From Patescibacteria group bacterium (GTDB lineage: Bacteria > Patescibacteriota > WWE3 > UBA101185 > 2-01-FULL-41-18), in NCBI GenBank assembly GCA_038064575.1, contig JBBTST010000002.1:9992-73991 (forward strand): a stretch of DNA of 64,000 bases, read 5' to 3'. Position 1 is the first letter of the stretch. The number at the start of each line of letters is the position of its first letter. The position numbers and the translations under genes were made by a program. Below the pieces are notes generated by a model. It was not told the origin of the DNA, did no database searches, and saw only the letters and a program-made list of their open reading frames with translations. Of this stretch, positions 1 through 10,965 are shown in pieces.

Positions 1-308
1 CCAAGCGCATTTATTTCAAAATCTCTTCTAGGCTTTTCTACGGAAGTGGTAACAGCAACTTGAGCAGCCAAATGAAAAACCCTGTCGGCGCTTTTTAAGG
101 ACTCTTTTAATTTTTCTGGGTTTTTTGTTATGTCAATTTTCAGGAATGATAATTTTCTAGGAAATTTGCTGTTTAACCACCCCAAGTTTTTTTCAGAACC
201 GCTTCTTGACAGGTCGTCTGCCACTACAACCTCCTGTTTCTTTTCAAGCAATCTGTTTGCCAAATTGGATCCAATGAACCCAGCGCCTCCTATAATTATA
301 TTTTTCAT
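1..308 (-). CDS. NAD-dependent sugar epimerase, CDP-paratose/tyvelose 2-epimerase (RfbE/Tyv)-like; runs off the window start
   Basis: Manual translation from ATG at 308: MKNIIIGGAGFIGSNLANRLL...DDLSRSGSEKNLGWL...FHLAAQVAVTTSVEKPRRDFEINAL. Has the GGxGxxG Rossmann motif and the RfbE-typical LAxQVAxTTS..P..DFEIN segment. Not in the ORF track. Confidence 0.85.
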   Translation of the reverse strand, partial: MKNIIIGGAGFIGSNLANRLLEKKQEVVVADDLSRSGSEKNLGWLNSKFPRKLSFLKIDITKNPEKLKESLKSADRVFHLAAQVAVTTSVEKPRRDFEINAL

Positions 309-359
309 ATATTTGATATAGTGTCTTGTAGATTATAAAACAGGTTATTCTCAAAACAA

Positions 360-2480
360 GTGTTTTTTATGACTTTTAAAGAAAACGGTGTTCAGAAAGT
401 TTTATACTTTTGTTGTTATACACTCTTTTTTTTATCTTTAATCCAATTATTTAATCATATAGGTAATAGGGAACTAGATTTGAATTTATTTTATAATTCG
501 GACTCTTTGTCACATCCTGTAATATTTAAGGATTTGTTTGAGGATGGGTTTTCCTATTCCGGCTGGATGTTTTCAGATTCTCCAGCCTTTTTTCCGGACT
601 TTCTGTTTTATTCCTTTTTCCGAATTGTCACTGGAAACTTTCTTCTAGCCTCTTTACTTAACAGTCTAGCCATTTTCTTGTTAATATTTGTTTTTTTTGA
701 TCTTTTGCTGCGGGAAATAGTTAATCAGAACTCCTACTTGCTGAGGTCTTTTGCGCTGCTAATTGGAACTTTGTTATCTGTGTTAATGGGTGTTGGTAAA
801 GGCTTTCTTTTTTTTGTTCTTTTTCTCTCCCCGGATTTTCATGTGGGTACGTTGGCAATTTCAGTTTGTAGCTTGGTGTTGGTTATGATTTTTTTGAGAG
901 GTGGAAAAAAAAGATATTTATACTTACTTTTCTTTATTTCACTGTTAGTAGGTATTTTTGACAGGCTTTGGGTTATCCATTTTGTTGCGCCTATTATGTT
1001 AGCCTCAACGCTATTATTTATGCTTGGCAAAAACTACAGATTGAGGTTGTTGTACATGTTGGTTGTAGTACTGAGCTCTTTTTTGTTGGGTTGGCTCATT
1101 TATAAAGTTATTGTGCCTTTTCCTACCTCCCCAAGTCTTAAACTGGACATAGCAGTTTTTTTAAACTTGTTAAGGGATATAAGGTTGTTGCTTACTAGTA
1201 AGTACCTAACCATTAATGTTGCGAGTGTTGATTACAGATTCAAAAACACGGTTTTTCCTTTTGTCTGGGTAATAATAATCACTTTTTTTTCATCCCTGGC
1301 TCTAATCTTAAAAAAGATATTAAAGAAAGAATTCTTGCATGTCCTTACCACTATGGACTTTTTCCTTATTTTTTATATTTTTTTGGTGATTTGTGACTTT
1401 TTAGGAACTGTTGTCTCAGGGCAGTATGTAGCCTTGACTCACTCAAGGTATTTTACGCCGCTTTTTATTTATTCAATGATTTCATTTCTGGTATTTCTAC
1501 ATTTTTTAATAAACAGACTTCAAAAAACCTACATTGCTATGCTTTGGGTATTTTTGATAGTGAATCAATTGCTTTTAATAAAGCCAGGACTTTCAACTAA
1601 CAGTTTTAAAAGCTATAAATCTTTGGTTAATTACAGACCACAAATTGTAGATTGTTTAGATCGGGCCAAAGAAACGTATGAGTTAAAGTACGGCTTGGCT
1701 GATTATTGGAATGCCCATCAAATAACAATGTTTTCTATAACAGGGTTAAGAGTTTATCAAATTCATACTTACTATCCATCTCCAAACCCTTATCACTGGA
1801 ACAATAATGTGGATTGGTATCTAGGAGATTTAAAGAGCAAATATGAAAAGCCCACATATAACTTTGTTTTACCAACAAGATTAAATGAAGAATATATTAG
1901 GTTTGGTTTAGGGGAGCCGTACAAAAAAATTTATTGCTCTTCACAAGAGGTTTGGTTATACTCAGGCGACACGGAAGAAAGGGTAAAATACGCTATCTCA
2001 CCCAGAGTTCTTTTCAGACAATTAAGACTGCCCGGAAATAAACTTCTTATGAACGGAGACGAACTCAATAGTGTTTTGCTTGACCCATATGAAATTTTGA
2101 GAGCTTCTCAAACAGCCAAAGTTGGTAACAGTTTAGTCGCTGATAACATGCTTGCCAAGCCCGGAAATGTTGTGCTCGGTCCATATTTTTACATAGAAAA
2201 TGGGATTTATAAGTTCACCCTGCTTTATAATAATGATGCGCTACAAGCTCAAGGAGGTCCAGTTTTGACAATATCTAAAAACTCAAAGCCAAATTTTCTT
2301 AAACTACCGTTATGGAGCACAAAGAGCCAGGATAGAAAGCTAGAAGGTTATTTCCAGATAGCATCATCAAAGATGGGTATAGGTAGACTGTATAGAACGG
2401 AAGATATCCAATTTAAAATATATCATAGCGGTAATAGTACTTTGAAATTAATTAGTCTTGAGCTTGAAAGAGTTAGGTAG
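360..2480 (+). CDS. Polytopic membrane protein, probable GT-C glycosyltransferase with extracellular C-terminal domain
   Basis: About 12 TM segments, acidic first loop (NSD...FFPD), RY after the last TMs, DYWNA, soluble C-terminus; glycan-locus context. Confidence 0.65.
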   Translation: MFFMTFKENGVQKVLYFCCYTLFFLSLIQLFNHIGNRELDLNLFYNSDSLSHPVIFKDLFEDGFSYSGWMFSDSPAFFPDFLFYSFFRIVTGNFLLASLLNSLAIFLLIFVFFDLLLREIVNQNSYLLRSFALLIGTLLSVLMGVGKGFLFFVLFLSPDFHVGTLAISVCSLVLVMIFLRGGKKRYLYLLFFISLLVGIFDRLWVIHFVAPIMLASTLLFMLGKNYRLRLLYMLVVVLSSFLLGWLIYKVIVPFPTSPSLKLDIAVFLNLLRDIRLLLTSKYLTINVASVDYRFKNTVFPFVWVIIITFFSSLALILKKILKKEFLHVLTTMDFFLIFYIFLVICDFLGTVVSGQYVALTHSRYFTPLFIYSMISFLVFLHFLINRLQKTYIAMLWVFLIVNQLLLIKPGLSTNSFKSYKSLVNYRPQIVDCLDRAKETYELKYGLADYWNAHQITMFSITGLRVYQIHTYYPSPNPYHWNNNVDWYLGDLKSKYEKPTYNFVLPTRLNEEYIRFGLGEPYKKIYCSSQEVWLYSGDTEERVKYAISPRVLFRQLRLPGNKLLMNGDELNSVLLDPYEILRASQTAKVGNSLVADNMLAKPGNVVLGPYFYIENGIYKFTLLYNNDALQAQGGPVLTISKNSKPNFLKLPLWSTKSQDRKLEGYFQIASSKMGIGRLYRTEDIQFKIYHSGNSTLKLISLELERVR

Positions 2481-2507
2481 ATGGTACTATACTGACAACT
2501 TATAATT

Positions 2508-5500
2508 ATGTTTAAAAGGATTTTATCAAAACTTGTTAAATTCTTAATATCTTTAATATCTATAGAGTTACTTTTACTTCTAATTTTTAATTTGTTAGTT
2601 TTTTTGGGACTGCTAATGTTTAAAAGTCAGCTGGCCTATGGGGATTTGCCACCTTTTCCAGAGTCTTATCAGACAGCTTTTGAAGACTTTTTTTATGTTT
2701 GGAAAAATTTTTCCTTTGGTTTGTATAGATATCCAGGACAGTTACAACCACTTCTGCAGGGTCTATTACTCCTTCTTTTTGGCAGTCCTGTACTTGCCCA
2801 AAAAGTTTATATGTTTTTCCTACCTGTAATGGCATTTTTGGGTTTTAAGTACCTGCTGAAAAGCTCTTATAAGAGTGTGAGCAGAATATCCGGTTTTATA
2901 ACGGCTTTCTTTTACGCCTACAGCCCCATTTTTATTCAGGAATTCATGGGAGGAACTCTATACTCCACACTGCTCGGCTTTGCGCTTTTTCCTGTGGTCT
3001 TTGCAAAGTCCATTCAGTTGTATGAGGATTTCAACCTAAGAAGAGTATTAATTCTGGCTCTTATTTTGGGAGGTATAGTATCTTTTTACCCGCATTTTAT
3101 TGTGATTTATTCAATTTCAATGTTTGTACCTTTTGTATTAGACGTTCTTTTAAATAGATTTAATAACTTAAAGATTTGGTTAGGGTTTTTTTTAGTGGGA
3201 GTATTGGTTATAGTGCTAAATCCTATTTTTGTGTTAACCAGCTTTAACCTTGTTAATACTTCTTCCGGTGTGACGTCGTCTTCTTTTTCAGCAAATGTAG
3301 AAAATTTTTTGAATGATGTTCATTACACTTATTATTGGAGCACATTTGGTAACATTTTTAGATTTGGAAATAATAATAGTCCACACGGTTATTCTGAGCA
3401 AAGTTGGTGGACGTATCAATTCTACGCGATTGTAACTTTTGTATTTGGTTACTGTTTTATCTTTAGAAGGAAAAAATGGAATGGGGTTTTTTGGTTTTCA
3501 CTATTTCCTTCACTTATCTTAATTATGGGCTTTGTGTATTTTACCCATTTAAACAAAACAGATTGGTTGTTTAAGTTGTTCTCCCCACTTATTCTTTTTA
3601 GAAATCCTGCAAAGCTAACTTATTTATCATTCTTTTTCTTTTCACTTCTTTTCTTTGAAGCTCTAAATTTTGTAGAATCCAGATCAAAGACAGCCTTAGT
3701 AAAATATATATTTTTTGTTCCCATAAGCATAAGTATCCTCATTTATATTTGGCCTGTATTTACACAGGATTTGAGCTTATCAAAGTACAGATCAGGTTTC
3801 ACTCTACCAAATGTTTATAAGGAAGTTATATCAAGAGTGGAGAAGGGTGAAGGCAGAAATTTTTGGTTGCCATCCTCTCATGAAAGCACCTCAATCAAGT
3901 TGGCGTGGCTTGATCAAAATAAGTTAGAATCTCAAATTGGAGTAAATCAATTTAGCGATGATTATTTTGTGGACGAAATCATCAACCCGCTAAATGCCTC
4001 TTTACTTAAGAGTAAGGAGCAAGAAATGAAAAACCTTCTAAATATTGCTCAGGTTAAAAATGTTATTTTGTTGAAAGACAAAAAAGACAACATATCAACT
4101 GAAACTTTATTTGGGTCTGGAAGTATTGTTGGTGGAAGCCAGGTTTTAAGTTCCTATTTGGATTTCCTGCCAAAACTTCATGACACAAAGAGTTATTCTA
4201 TTTATCATAATGATACTTACTACCCCACTTTTTTTGTTCCAGATACTTTTGCGTATGTTGATGATGATGCCGTCTTTAACGGGTTTTTGAATACAATAAA
4301 TCCTGAAGCAAAAATAGCTCTGATTAAGAGTAGCTTTTTTTCAAGCTTTCCTTCAAGTAGTTTTTCAGTGATTTGGCCTTCAAAAAAACACACCAACTTT
4401 GTAATGAGTGGCTGGGACCCGCTTTGGATTTGGCCTAGTGTTAGTGTAGATCCTAGAAATGAGGCTGTTTATAGCCTTGTTAGATTAAAAGAAAACTTCA
4501 TAAAATTAAAAAATTCAGATTTTTCTGAAAGAATTGAAACTCTTTTGTGGCTTGCTTCCAAAAGAGTTGAGGAAGTGTCAGAATTTAATATTACTCAAGG
4601 TAACTTAAGATCTAAGATTCTTGCAGAATATTATGCTTCCATGAGTGGGGGTTTTATTTTACTTGAGGGTTATCCTTCCAAAACTGATTCTAGATATCAA
4701 AAATTCTTGAGGAAATATTCTGAGTTTTTAAAGAGGGGATTAGAAAAAGCAAATGTTGATGAGCAGGATGGAGAGTTGGGTTCAAAACTACAGGCACTTT
4801 TAAAGGAAGCACAGAAAGTTACTTTAAAATTTGATTATAATTGTGGTCTAGACATTTGTTTTTATGGCCAGGTTCCAAAAAGCGCAAATTATGAATTAAA
4901 TCTGGGTTTGGAATATAAAGGACAAGAGCTTATTGAAGCTGGTGCTGTTTTGTCATCCGTTGGTCTAATGGGTGAAAAGGTTCTAGCCATTCCTCTTAAG
5001 AAGGGTCCAATTCAGAACTTGGGGGAAGTTTATTTGGAGAAGGACCATTATTATGAGCTTGAAATAGCGTTTCCTCCAGGAGAAAACCTTGTTTCAGAGG
5101 GGCCTTGGATTGAAGAAATTGAGCAGGCCCCGCCTGATTGGAATAAAATTGATTTTATAAAGACTGACTCATACCTTTTCCCACTTTTGAGTAATAAGAA
5201 ATACTCTAAGGTAAGTCAAGTTATGCACAAAAAAATAAAATCAATTAATGAAAAAGGAAGCTTTAGACTTACTTTTGATTATTTGTTAGATAATGGGGAT
5301 CTTGGGTATGCGGTGGTTCAGAGAGATAAGAACACAGGTAATTATATACAAGCTATGGGGGGCAGGGTTTCCCCAAATGTCAAAAGCTTTGAGAACTGTT
5401 TGAATGAAAATTGCTTTTCTACTCTTAATAAAACTTTCCAAACATCCGGTTTGGGGGAAGATGCTAGGGTAATCTTTTTTGTTGCTTCAAACAACAAGCT

Positions 5501-5993
5501 TTCTAAATTGGCGACTATAAAAAATGTAGCTCTAGAGCAAGTACAGGACATAGCAATGCATCTTAAAGCGGCCGGTTTTACTGATTACAAACCGTTAAGC
5601 ATTAAGCCAAAGCTAGTAAAATTACGCCCCTTTTTATACAAAGTAGAGTTTGAAGAATTAACTTCTGAAATACCAGTGGTTTTTAATCAAAGCTTTCACA
5701 GAGGGTGGAAACTTTTTAGAACTGACACATGCAAGGGGTGGATTGTGGGTTTTATTCCAAGGTGCAGGTATTTTTCTTCAAATGAATATGATGAAAACCA
5801 TACTCGCATAAACGGATTTGCCAATGGATGGGTAATCAAACCACAGGACTCTACAAACATAAGTTTTTATATAATTTTTGTACCCCAAATCCATTTTTTT
5901 ATGAGTTTAATCTTCAGCTTAGTAGTTTTGATAGTGTTTTTACTTATCTATTTAAGGAGGAAAACCTTTGAGAGAAGGAATTTATGGACTTAA
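2508..5993 (+). CDS. Large GT-C membrane glycosyltransferase (AftD/YfhO-like) with big extracellular region
   Basis: N-terminal TM bundle (GDLPPFP, FRNPAK), C-terminal FNQSFHRGW and INGFANGW motifs, final TM anchor. Confidence 0.7.
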   Translation: MFKRILSKLVKFLISLISIELLLLLIFNLLVFLGLLMFKSQLAYGDLPPFPESYQTAFEDFFYVWKNFSFGLYRYPGQLQPLLQGLLLLLFGSPVLAQKVYMFFLPVMAFLGFKYLLKSSYKSVSRISGFITAFFYAYSPIFIQEFMGGTLYSTLLGFALFPVVFAKSIQLYEDFNLRRVLILALILGGIVSFYPHFIVIYSISMFVPFVLDVLLNRFNNLKIWLGFFLVGVLVIVLNPIFVLTSFNLVNTSSGVTSSSFSANVENFLNDVHYTYYWSTFGNIFRFGNNNSPHGYSEQSWWTYQFYAIVTFVFGYCFIFRRKKWNGVFWFSLFPSLILIMGFVYFTHLNKTDWLFKLFSPLILFRNPAKLTYLSFFFFSLLFFEALNFVESRSKTALVKYIFFVPISISILIYIWPVFTQDLSLSKYRSGFTLPNVYKEVISRVEKGEGRNFWLPSSHESTSIKLAWLDQNKLESQIGVNQFSDDYFVDEIINPLNASLLKSKEQEMKNLLNIAQVKNVILLKDKKDNISTETLFGSGSIVGGSQVLSSYLDFLPKLHDTKSYSIYHNDTYYPTFFVPDTFAYVDDDAVFNGFLNTINPEAKIALIKSSFFSSFPSSSFSVIWPSKKHTNFVMSGWDPLWIWPSVSVDPRNEAVYSLVRLKENFIKLKNSDFSERIETLLWLASKRVEEVSEFNITQGNLRSKILAEYYASMSGGFILLEGYPSKTDSRYQKFLRKYSEFLKRGLEKANVDEQDGELGSKLQALLKEAQKVTLKFDYNCGLDICFYGQVPKSANYELNLGLEYKGQELIEAGAVLSSVGLMGEKVLAIPLKKGPIQNLGEVYLEKDHYYELEIAFPPGENLVSEGPWIEEIEQAPPDWNKIDFIKTDSYLFPLLSNKKYSKVSQVMHKKIKSINEKGSFRLTFDYLLDNGDLGYAVVQRDKNTGNYIQAMGGRVSPNVKSFENCLNENCFSTLNKTFQTSGLGEDARVIFFVASNNKLSKLATIKNVALEQVQDIAMHLKAAGFTDYKPLSIKPKLVKLRPFLYKVEFEELTSEIPVVFNQSFHRGWKLFRTDTCKGWIVGFIPRCRYFSSNEYDENHTRINGFANGWVIKPQDSTNISFYIIFVPQIHFFMSLIFSLVVLIVFLLIYLRRKTFERRNLWT

Positions 5994-6322
5994 TTGATAA
6001 AACAAAAACTTATCTGACAGTTACAAATATTGCAAATGCTTGGCTTTTGATTGTTGTTGTAGGTTTGTTTTTATTGTTCTTTACTCGGTTTTCTCCAATT
6101 TTAGTTCTAACCCCTCTTTTTTTGTTATGGTTTTTGCTGTTATGTATTGACCAAAAACTTTTTGTCATAAATTTGATACTTACTTTCCTTTCTCTAATTA
6201 TTGCACTAATATGTCTGCTGTTTAATTTTTTATTTGTTTCAGAAGCTATGTTTTATGCATTTTTTTTACACTGTGTAATACTTATTTTGTATCAGTTAAT
6301 AACTGTGCTCAGGGAAAACTAA
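5984..6322 (+). CDS. Small integral membrane protein
   Basis: 112 aa, almost wholly hydrophobic, overlapping or abutting its neighbours. Confidence 0.7.
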   Translation: MDLIDKTKTYLTVTNIANAWLLIVVVGLFLLFFTRFSPILVLTPLFLLWFLLLCIDQKLFVINLILTFLSLIIALICLLFNFLFVSEAMFYAFFLHCVILILYQLITVLREN

Positions 6323-6324
6323 TT

Positions 6325-7962
6325 ATGGCTTTTATAATTGGGGGTTTAGATGATCAGTTGATTCTTTTGGTATGGGCTAATGTATCAAAACTATTCTTTG
6401 CCTTTAATAACAAGGCTTTTTACGATTTCTTTCTGTATAAGGAAGTTTTTTGGCCTTTGCTAAAACCTTTTGAGACCAATGAGCCCATTTTATGGTTGGT
6501 TATGTCTTTATGCCTCTCCATATTTGGAATAAATTTTTATAACTTCTTTCTTTTGTTCACTCTTGCAGCAGCTTTTACAGCAAGTTTTTACCTTTTTAAA
6601 GAATATAAGTTTGGGTTACTCTATTCTGTTGTCTTTACTTTTTCTTCCTATACATGGTCTCATTTAGGAATACATCTGGGGCTCTCTCAAATTTGGCTAC
6701 TTCCAGTATTTTACAAGATTTTTCTGGATGCATTAAAACTTAAATCTTTTCAAATTAAAAAGTTTTTTATAAGTGGAGTAATCTTAGCGTTAATTGCTTT
6801 AACCGCCAATTATTTAGCCTTTTTTATATTGCTGTCATTGTTTGCTGGAGTAGTTTTAATAGTAATATTACCGTCTAAAATTAAACTCTTTCCGGTGAGC
6901 CTGTTGGTGAAGGGGACAATGGTAACCTTTGTAGTTTTTGTTTCCATCTCAATTGCTACTTTATACCCTTTCATAAAAGCAAACTACTTTGACCCCGCCT
7001 TGAACGGCCCTAAAGCACAAATGATGGTAATAGATAGACCACTTTCAGACTTTTTCACATTTAGTACAAGACCCTGGTACTTTTTTATTCCTCCGCCGAG
7101 TAACCCAATCTTAGGGGGGCTAGGTCAAAGAATGATCTCAACAATTAAATCAACTAACTATTTTCTTGCCGATGACTATTTTGAGGGCGAGCACGCAGCA
7201 AGTTTTTATGGGTATTCTCTTTATATACTATTTGGTACTCTCTTTATTACCCTTGTCAAGAAAAAAAAAGTTCCCAAAGAATCCATATTTTGGTTGCTTC
7301 AAGCGTTGGTACTTTTTTTAATAGCACTGCCCCCTTTTATAAGTTTGAACGGTATTAAAATCTATACGCCAGGTTTCTTACTCTTCAAGTTTTTCCCTAT
7401 GTTTAGGGTCTCTACCAGATTAGGAATCTTTATACTATTCTTTTGTATTCTTGCTTTGGCTGAGTTAATTAAGGTTTATTATCCTTTGGTAGTGAGAAAA
7501 AGACTTTTTGTTTTTTGTGTCTTTACGGCTTTTATAGTGTCGATTATTGAGGTTTTTGTTCCGGTAAAAATATTTAAATATGAAGATCCTCCTGACGTAT
7601 ATGTTTATCTAAAAGCTAAGACTGATGGATCTACCTTTGTAGTATTTCCTTATTCAAAAACAAAAGAAGCACTTTTTTGGCTTCCTGTACACCAGAAGTT
7701 TTTATTAAATCCCAGAGGTGCTTTTTTTAAAAATTTTTATTCTGAGACTTTTACTAAAGCTTTAAATACAAATGAAGGCATTTTTAAACTTAAGGATTAT
7801 AATGTTAGGTATCTTATTGTGTTTAAGAATTCAAAAGAAGCTGATTTAAAGGAAATATTAACTCATCCGCTTCTTCAACTGGAAGCAGAATTTGAAGATT
7901 CCTATCTTTTGTTGGTAGGGGAGGATACCATTTATTCCCATGCAGAGGTAAGAAGTTATTGA
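6325..7962 (+). CDS. GT-C/YfhO-like membrane glycosyltransferase
   Basis: Multiple TMs, PMFRVSTR motif, C-terminal soluble domain. Confidence 0.65.
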   Translation: MAFIIGGLDDQLILLVWANVSKLFFAFNNKAFYDFFLYKEVFWPLLKPFETNEPILWLVMSLCLSIFGINFYNFFLLFTLAAAFTASFYLFKEYKFGLLYSVVFTFSSYTWSHLGIHLGLSQIWLLPVFYKIFLDALKLKSFQIKKFFISGVILALIALTANYLAFFILLSLFAGVVLIVILPSKIKLFPVSLLVKGTMVTFVVFVSISIATLYPFIKANYFDPALNGPKAQMMVIDRPLSDFFTFSTRPWYFFIPPPSNPILGGLGQRMISTIKSTNYFLADDYFEGEHAASFYGYSLYILFGTLFITLVKKKKVPKESIFWLLQALVLFLIALPPFISLNGIKIYTPGFLLFKFFPMFRVSTRLGIFILFFCILALAELIKVYYPLVVRKRLFVFCVFTAFIVSIIEVFVPVKIFKYEDPPDVYVYLKAKTDGSTFVVFPYSKTKEALFWLPVHQKFLLNPRGAFFKNFYSETFTKALNTNEGIFKLKDYNVRYLIVFKNSKEADLKEILTHPLLQLEAEFEDSYLLLVGEDTIYSHAEVRSY

Positions 7963-7993
7963 AGCTTAGGCCAATTGCTTAGGCTTAAAGTTT

Positions 7994-9352
7994 ATGAGAA
8001 TGAATATTTATATTAAAGACTTGCTCCTTTTTCTGATGTTTTTCTCTGTACTTTTCTTTCCCTGGTTTATTGTAAATGGACTTAAGGTAAATGACCTAGA
8101 AATTCAAAGTGAAGATACAATCCCCGCACTCTTTTTACCTGTGGCACTTCTTAAAGATAAAACTATTTATCTTGATAACTACTATCAGATGATGTTAGAA
8201 AGGTATCCTCATCCTGATGATAAAAAGGCAACGTTGGGTTTGACGCCCTATTATTTAAGGAAAGTTGACAAGCATTATTTATCAGCATTTCCTATTATGG
8301 CTAGTTTATTGAGTATTCCTGTGTATTTTATTGGGTTTTTGTTGGGGGCAGACGTGTCATGGGAAAGCCTGGTGTTTCTATCAAGATTTTCAGCAGCTTT
8401 AATTATAGCTTTGTGTGGAATGCTTATGAAGAAAATAGGGGAATACTTTTTATCTAATAAGAAGGCAGCTCTGTTAAGTTTTGTGTTTGTTTTTGCAACC
8501 GTCAACTTTGCTTCAATTTCTCAGGCCTTATGGCAACATGGAGTATTAGAACTTTTCTCTCTTCTGGGGGTTTATTTTTTACTTAACTCGAATAAAAATG
8601 AAAGAAATCTGATACTTTCAGGTCTTTTTTTTGGTTTTGCACTGATTTCAAGACCTACAGGCATTTTACCTTATATTCTCTTGTACCCTTTTATTTTTAG
8701 CTTCTATAAATTGAAGGGTATTTCCAGATACTTTATTGGAAGTTTGTTACCTATAGCTTTCTTTCTTTTTTATAATCAAGTTTTTTATATGGGTATCTCT
8801 AACCAAGGTTATTCAAATCAAGTACTAGACAGCTGGAAAACACCCTTTTATTTAGGTTTTCTTGGAATGTTTCTATCCCCGAGTAAAGGTATATTGGTAT
8901 ATTCGCCAGTTTTTATTTTTTCTTTAGTTGGTTTTTATAGGTTATTAAAAGAAAATACCTATTCCAAGCTTGAGAAAAACCTTTTCATATTTGCAGCCAT
9001 AGTAGCCTTTTTGCATATAAGTATTGTTTCTATGTGGAAGCATTGGTACGGTGGATGGTCCTTTGGTTATAGGATGGCTTCAGATATACTTCCCTATCTT
9101 AGTCTTCTTTTGATTCCTTATTTTAGCTCAGAAATTTATGAGAAATCCAAAAAATATTTTTATGCAGTTTTAATTTGGTCTGTAGGAATTGAACTTATGG
9201 GAATAGCTTTTTTTGATAGTGTCTGGCATGCAGCTTATGATAGAGGGTATAAAAATCAGTGGTGGCTCTGGTCCCTGCAAAATAGTGAAATAGTCTTTAA
9301 TATTAAAAGAGTACTTGTTAAGCTTAAACTAATAAATGTAGTACTTCCTTAA
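7994..9352 (+). CDS. GT-C (PMT_2/GT39-like) membrane glycosyltransferase
   Basis: SED in first loop, SQALWQH, SPSKGILVYSP, WYGGWSFGYR motifs. Confidence 0.75.
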   Translation: MRMNIYIKDLLLFLMFFSVLFFPWFIVNGLKVNDLEIQSEDTIPALFLPVALLKDKTIYLDNYYQMMLERYPHPDDKKATLGLTPYYLRKVDKHYLSAFPIMASLLSIPVYFIGFLLGADVSWESLVFLSRFSAALIIALCGMLMKKIGEYFLSNKKAALLSFVFVFATVNFASISQALWQHGVLELFSLLGVYFLLNSNKNERNLILSGLFFGFALISRPTGILPYILLYPFIFSFYKLKGISRYFIGSLLPIAFFLFYNQVFYMGISNQGYSNQVLDSWKTPFYLGFLGMFLSPSKGILVYSPVFIFSLVGFYRLLKENTYSKLEKNLFIFAAIVAFLHISIVSMWKHWYGGWSFGYRMASDILPYLSLLLIPYFSSEIYEKSKKYFYAVLIWSVGIELMGIAFFDSVWHAAYDRGYKNQWWLWSLQNSEIVFNIKRVLVKLKLINVVLP

Positions 9353-9357
9353 AAGCA

Positions 9358-10938
9358 ATGAAGCTTAAAAAAAGATTTGATTTGGTTGTCCTAATACTTG
9401 TTTTTTTTGTTTTCTTGGTCCCTGTATTTTATCAATTAGGGAATGATTACACTAATGTGGATCAGTTTCTTTGGTATGAAAGGTCCTTAAACTTTTATAA
9501 AGCCCTAAGAAACTTTGATTTTGCAAATACTTATCAGAAATATCATCCCGGAGTGACTGTTATGTATTTGGTAGGTTTAGGTCAGTTAGTATTTTCAAAA
9601 GTAACTACTTTTTCTTCTGATTATAGCTTTGTGCCTTATACCTCTTTTCATCTTTATAATTTCTACACCAAGTTTTTTGTTACCTTAATTTCTTATCTAA
9701 CACTTTTTATGTGTTTTGTTTTAATTTACAGATATTTTGGAAAATTATTTGGATTATCTTTTATATCTCTTCTCCTATTAGAACCTTTCTTTTTAGCTAA
9801 TATTAGAAATTTACATTTAGACACGCTGTTAACCTCATTTATATTTGCTTCTTTTTTGACATGTGCCCTTTGGGTAAAGGAGAGAAAGAGGGGTTTCTTA
9901 ATTCTCAGTTTTATTTTTTGTGGTTTATCTTTACTAACAAAATCAATCGGGATTTTTTCATTAGTGTTAAATACTTTTGTGATTATCCACTCGAGTTTTT
10001 TCTTTAAGATCCGTAAAAAAGAGGCCTTAATAGGATTAGGATCCTTTCTAGTTGGATCCCTTCTGTTATTTGTGCTTTTGTTTCCTTCAATGTGGGTTGA
10101 ACCAATCAGAACAGTAAATAAAATGCTTTATGATGGGGTTATAGACACTGGGGTTTCCGGCGGGCATACTCACTACATTAATCAGATACGGATAAGAAAC
10201 CCCGGGCCTCAATTTTATTTGACTGTTGTCAAATACCGTTTTAGTGTCTACTACATTTATTTATTTTTAGTATCAGTATTGTTTCTTATGGTTTATGGTT
10301 TGGTAAGAAGGAAAACAGCCAATCAAACATTCCATTTTGCCTTTATGGCTTTGCTTTTTTTGGTTAGTTATCTATTAGTATTTTCCTATCTTGTAAAAAA
10401 AACGGACAGATACGTTTTAGTAATATACCCATTTACTGCTTATCTAATTGGTTATTTCTTTGAAGAATCCCACATTCTTAAAAAGTATGTTGGTAGGTTG
10501 GTGTCCAACTTTTTAATATTAAGTCTTTTTTTTATATTAGGATTCATTAATTTTAATCAAGTCAAGGCAGTTTATTCTGTATTTCCTAATATGTTTACTT
10601 TTTATAGTCCTTTTTTTGGCGGGATAAATCAAGCTAAAAAAGTTCTTTATCTTAACAGCGGGGGAACTGGTATGAGGGAAATAGCTGAATATCTAAATTT
10701 GCTTAATTTACCTGTTACTACCAGGGTTGGCTATTTTAATCCAGAAACTCTTCAACCTTGGACGCCTTTAAGAGTTGATAATCTGAGAGTAGAAGAGAAA
10801 AAGAAATATGATTTTATAATAATTCCTGATCAAAGAGGTAAAGAATTTACGCAAGGTTATAATCTAGTTTACTCATACAGAGTTGATACATTAAGATATT
10901 TAAGGGTTTATAAGAGAAAAACCCCTTCAGTTGAGTAG
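9358..10938 (+). CDS. GT-C (PMT_2/ArnT-like) membrane glycosyltransferase
   Basis: D..W..RS first loop, YHPGVT, LLTK, KKTDRY motifs; many TMs. Confidence 0.75.
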   Translation: MKLKKRFDLVVLILVFFVFLVPVFYQLGNDYTNVDQFLWYERSLNFYKALRNFDFANTYQKYHPGVTVMYLVGLGQLVFSKVTTFSSDYSFVPYTSFHLYNFYTKFFVTLISYLTLFMCFVLIYRYFGKLFGLSFISLLLLEPFFLANIRNLHLDTLLTSFIFASFLTCALWVKERKRGFLILSFIFCGLSLLTKSIGIFSLVLNTFVIIHSSFFFKIRKKEALIGLGSFLVGSLLLFVLLFPSMWVEPIRTVNKMLYDGVIDTGVSGGHTHYINQIRIRNPGPQFYLTVVKYRFSVYYIYLFLVSVLFLMVYGLVRRKTANQTFHFAFMALLFLVSYLLVFSYLVKKTDRYVLVIYPFTAYLIGYFFEESHILKKYVGRLVSNFLILSLFFILGFINFNQVKAVYSVFPNMFTFYSPFFGGINQAKKVLYLNSGGTGMREIAEYLNLLNLPVTTRVGYFNPETLQPWTPLRVDNLRVEEKKKYDFIIIPDQRGKEFTQGYNLVYSYRVDTLRYLRVYKRKTPSVE

Positions 10939-10965
10939 TTTAAGCTCATGGGATATTATAAAAAC